Below, piece after piece: positions 62,641 to 64,000 of a stretch of DNA of 64,000 nt. The stretch is taken from contig OZ024741.1 in assembly GCA_964016885.1 (NCBI GenBank), forward strand, positions 79,732,001 through 79,796,000, read 5' to 3'. Source of the stretch: Eledone cirrhosa. Taxonomy: Eukaryota. How positions within the stretch are numbered: position 1 is the first letter of the stretch; each line of letters starts with the position of its first letter. Position numbers and translations under genes: made by a program. The notes beneath the pieces are model-generated. The model saw only the letters and a program-made list of their open reading frames with translations. It had not been told where the DNA came from and made no database searches.

Positions 62641-63015
62641 GTGGATGTGATATGCGTGTGCAAGTGTGTGTGCGTGCACATTGATTGTGTGTGTGTGTGT
62701 GTGTGTGCGTGCGCGTGTGTGTGTATTTGAATACTGCTACTTCCGCAAGTTTCTGTGTTTGGCCTATGCATGCGTGTATGTGTGTATGTGTGCATGTGCG
62801 CGTGCGTGTTTGTGTCTGTGTATGTGTGTGTGTGTTTTTATATGTCACTTCTACTCCACGTTTGTATTTATCTACATGTGTTGTGTATTTGTTTGTAAAT
62901 GTTCCACCGACTTCCATGGCTATTTTCCTTCACCTTTACCCAACTATGTACACCTGTAACTTTATACAGTCGTTTGCATCTCTACATTTCTCACTCTGTC
63001 TATCTATGTGACCAT

Positions 63016-63240
63016 TCTTCTTCTTCTTCTTCTTCTTCTTCTTCTTCTTCTTCTTCTTCTTCTTCTTCTTCTTCTTCTTCTTCTTCTTCTTCTTCTTCTT
63101 CTTCTTCTTCTTCTCCCACTTATTCCGGGGAGAGTCGTGGGGTTAGAGTCCTCAGACACGCCTTCCAGTCTTCAATAGATCCAGCTAGATCTTCAATCGA
63201 ACTCCATTTTTGATGTGTCAAACTATACTTATTTTCTCAT
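63016..63240 (-). mobile_element. Short RTE-like 3' end with (GAA)n tail
   Basis: QKWSSIEDLAGSIEDWKACLRTL...* followed by (GAA)n at 63016-63113. Confidence 0.5.
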
Positions 63241-63733
63241 CCACCACCAGGTGCTTATTTTTCTATTTTTGCATTCTATAGAGCTAACCTTAATTTTCAG
63301 GCTATGTCTGTTAAATAACCTTCTTTATATATATGGTTACCGAGGAAGTGCTTATCTATCAGTATTGAGGAATTATTAGAAGAGGCTTAAATATTTTAAA
63401 TATTTTAAATATTTTATCATACTATAAGTGTTTGCATTATAGCTGATAAGCCAGAGAGAAACTACCGTTTACAAACCCAAATGTTACCACCCTTGATTCC
63501 CCAAAGGTAATCATTCTACCATCTCCATTGGGAGCAATCTCATTCAAGTGGGTTAAAACATTTAGATAATTAGCATGCAACTCATACCACACGCATACTA
63601 CACACAGATAAATTAAGGCTGGCTGCACGAACACTTCGACATTACCTCCCTTGTTTCCGAAATGAACCTTTTCTTACTTCAAAACCAAATATAGTCGACT
63701 AAAGGGGTTTCCTTTTTTCGTATTTTAGTCCGA

Positions 63734-63816
63734 GTGCCTGATGAGGGGCCAGCTTGGAAGTGCCTCCCCCACTATACAGTGGGAGCTATAACTGGACTCC
63801 AAATCAATGGTCGCGC
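63734..63816 (+). ncRNA. Degenerate hammerhead with branched stem II
   Basis: GTGC-CTGATGA-GGGGCCAG..CTCCC/GGGAG hairpin..CTGGACTCC-AAAT-CAATG-GTC-GCGC. G12 is missing. Confidence 0.45.
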
Positions 63817-63956
63817 ATACATGTCAAGAGTATGAAGCTTTATTTATACTAAATAAGCTCTCTTGCTATAGATTGAGCATTGACTTCCTTGGCCTTTTAT
63901 TTACGGATATCCTACACACACACACACGCACACGCACGCACACACACACAAACACA

Positions 63957-64000
<44 letters not shown>

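Overview
Animal (eukaryotic) genomic DNA with no recognisable host gene. It is probably an octopus/cephalopod, inferred from the tRNA-derived SINEs and microsatellite load and not verified by search. The window is a mosaic of retroelements sitting in microsatellites: five long and two truncated Tx1-clade (L1-like, APE+RT) LINEs in head-to-tail arrays in (TAA)n or (ATCT)n, two R4/Dong-like RLE LINE fragments, RTE fragments, several Penelope-like elements (PLEs) next to (TA)n carrying inverted pLTR copies and at least six distinct hammerhead-ribozyme motifs, and SINEs. The top candidate for a new system is in the Tx1 elements. The whole ORF2 is bracketed by a perfect 5' splice site (AAG|GTAAGT) at the end of ORF1 and a 3' splice site whose AG is the ORF2 stop codon (pyrimidine tract-CCTGTAG|G). 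It is followed by a short basic reading frame conserved across diverged copies. ORF2 may therefore be an intron of ORF1, and the apparent 3' UTR a second ORF1 exon. This is inferred from motifs only and needs RNA evidence. Coordinates were counted by hand and element edges may be off by a few bases.
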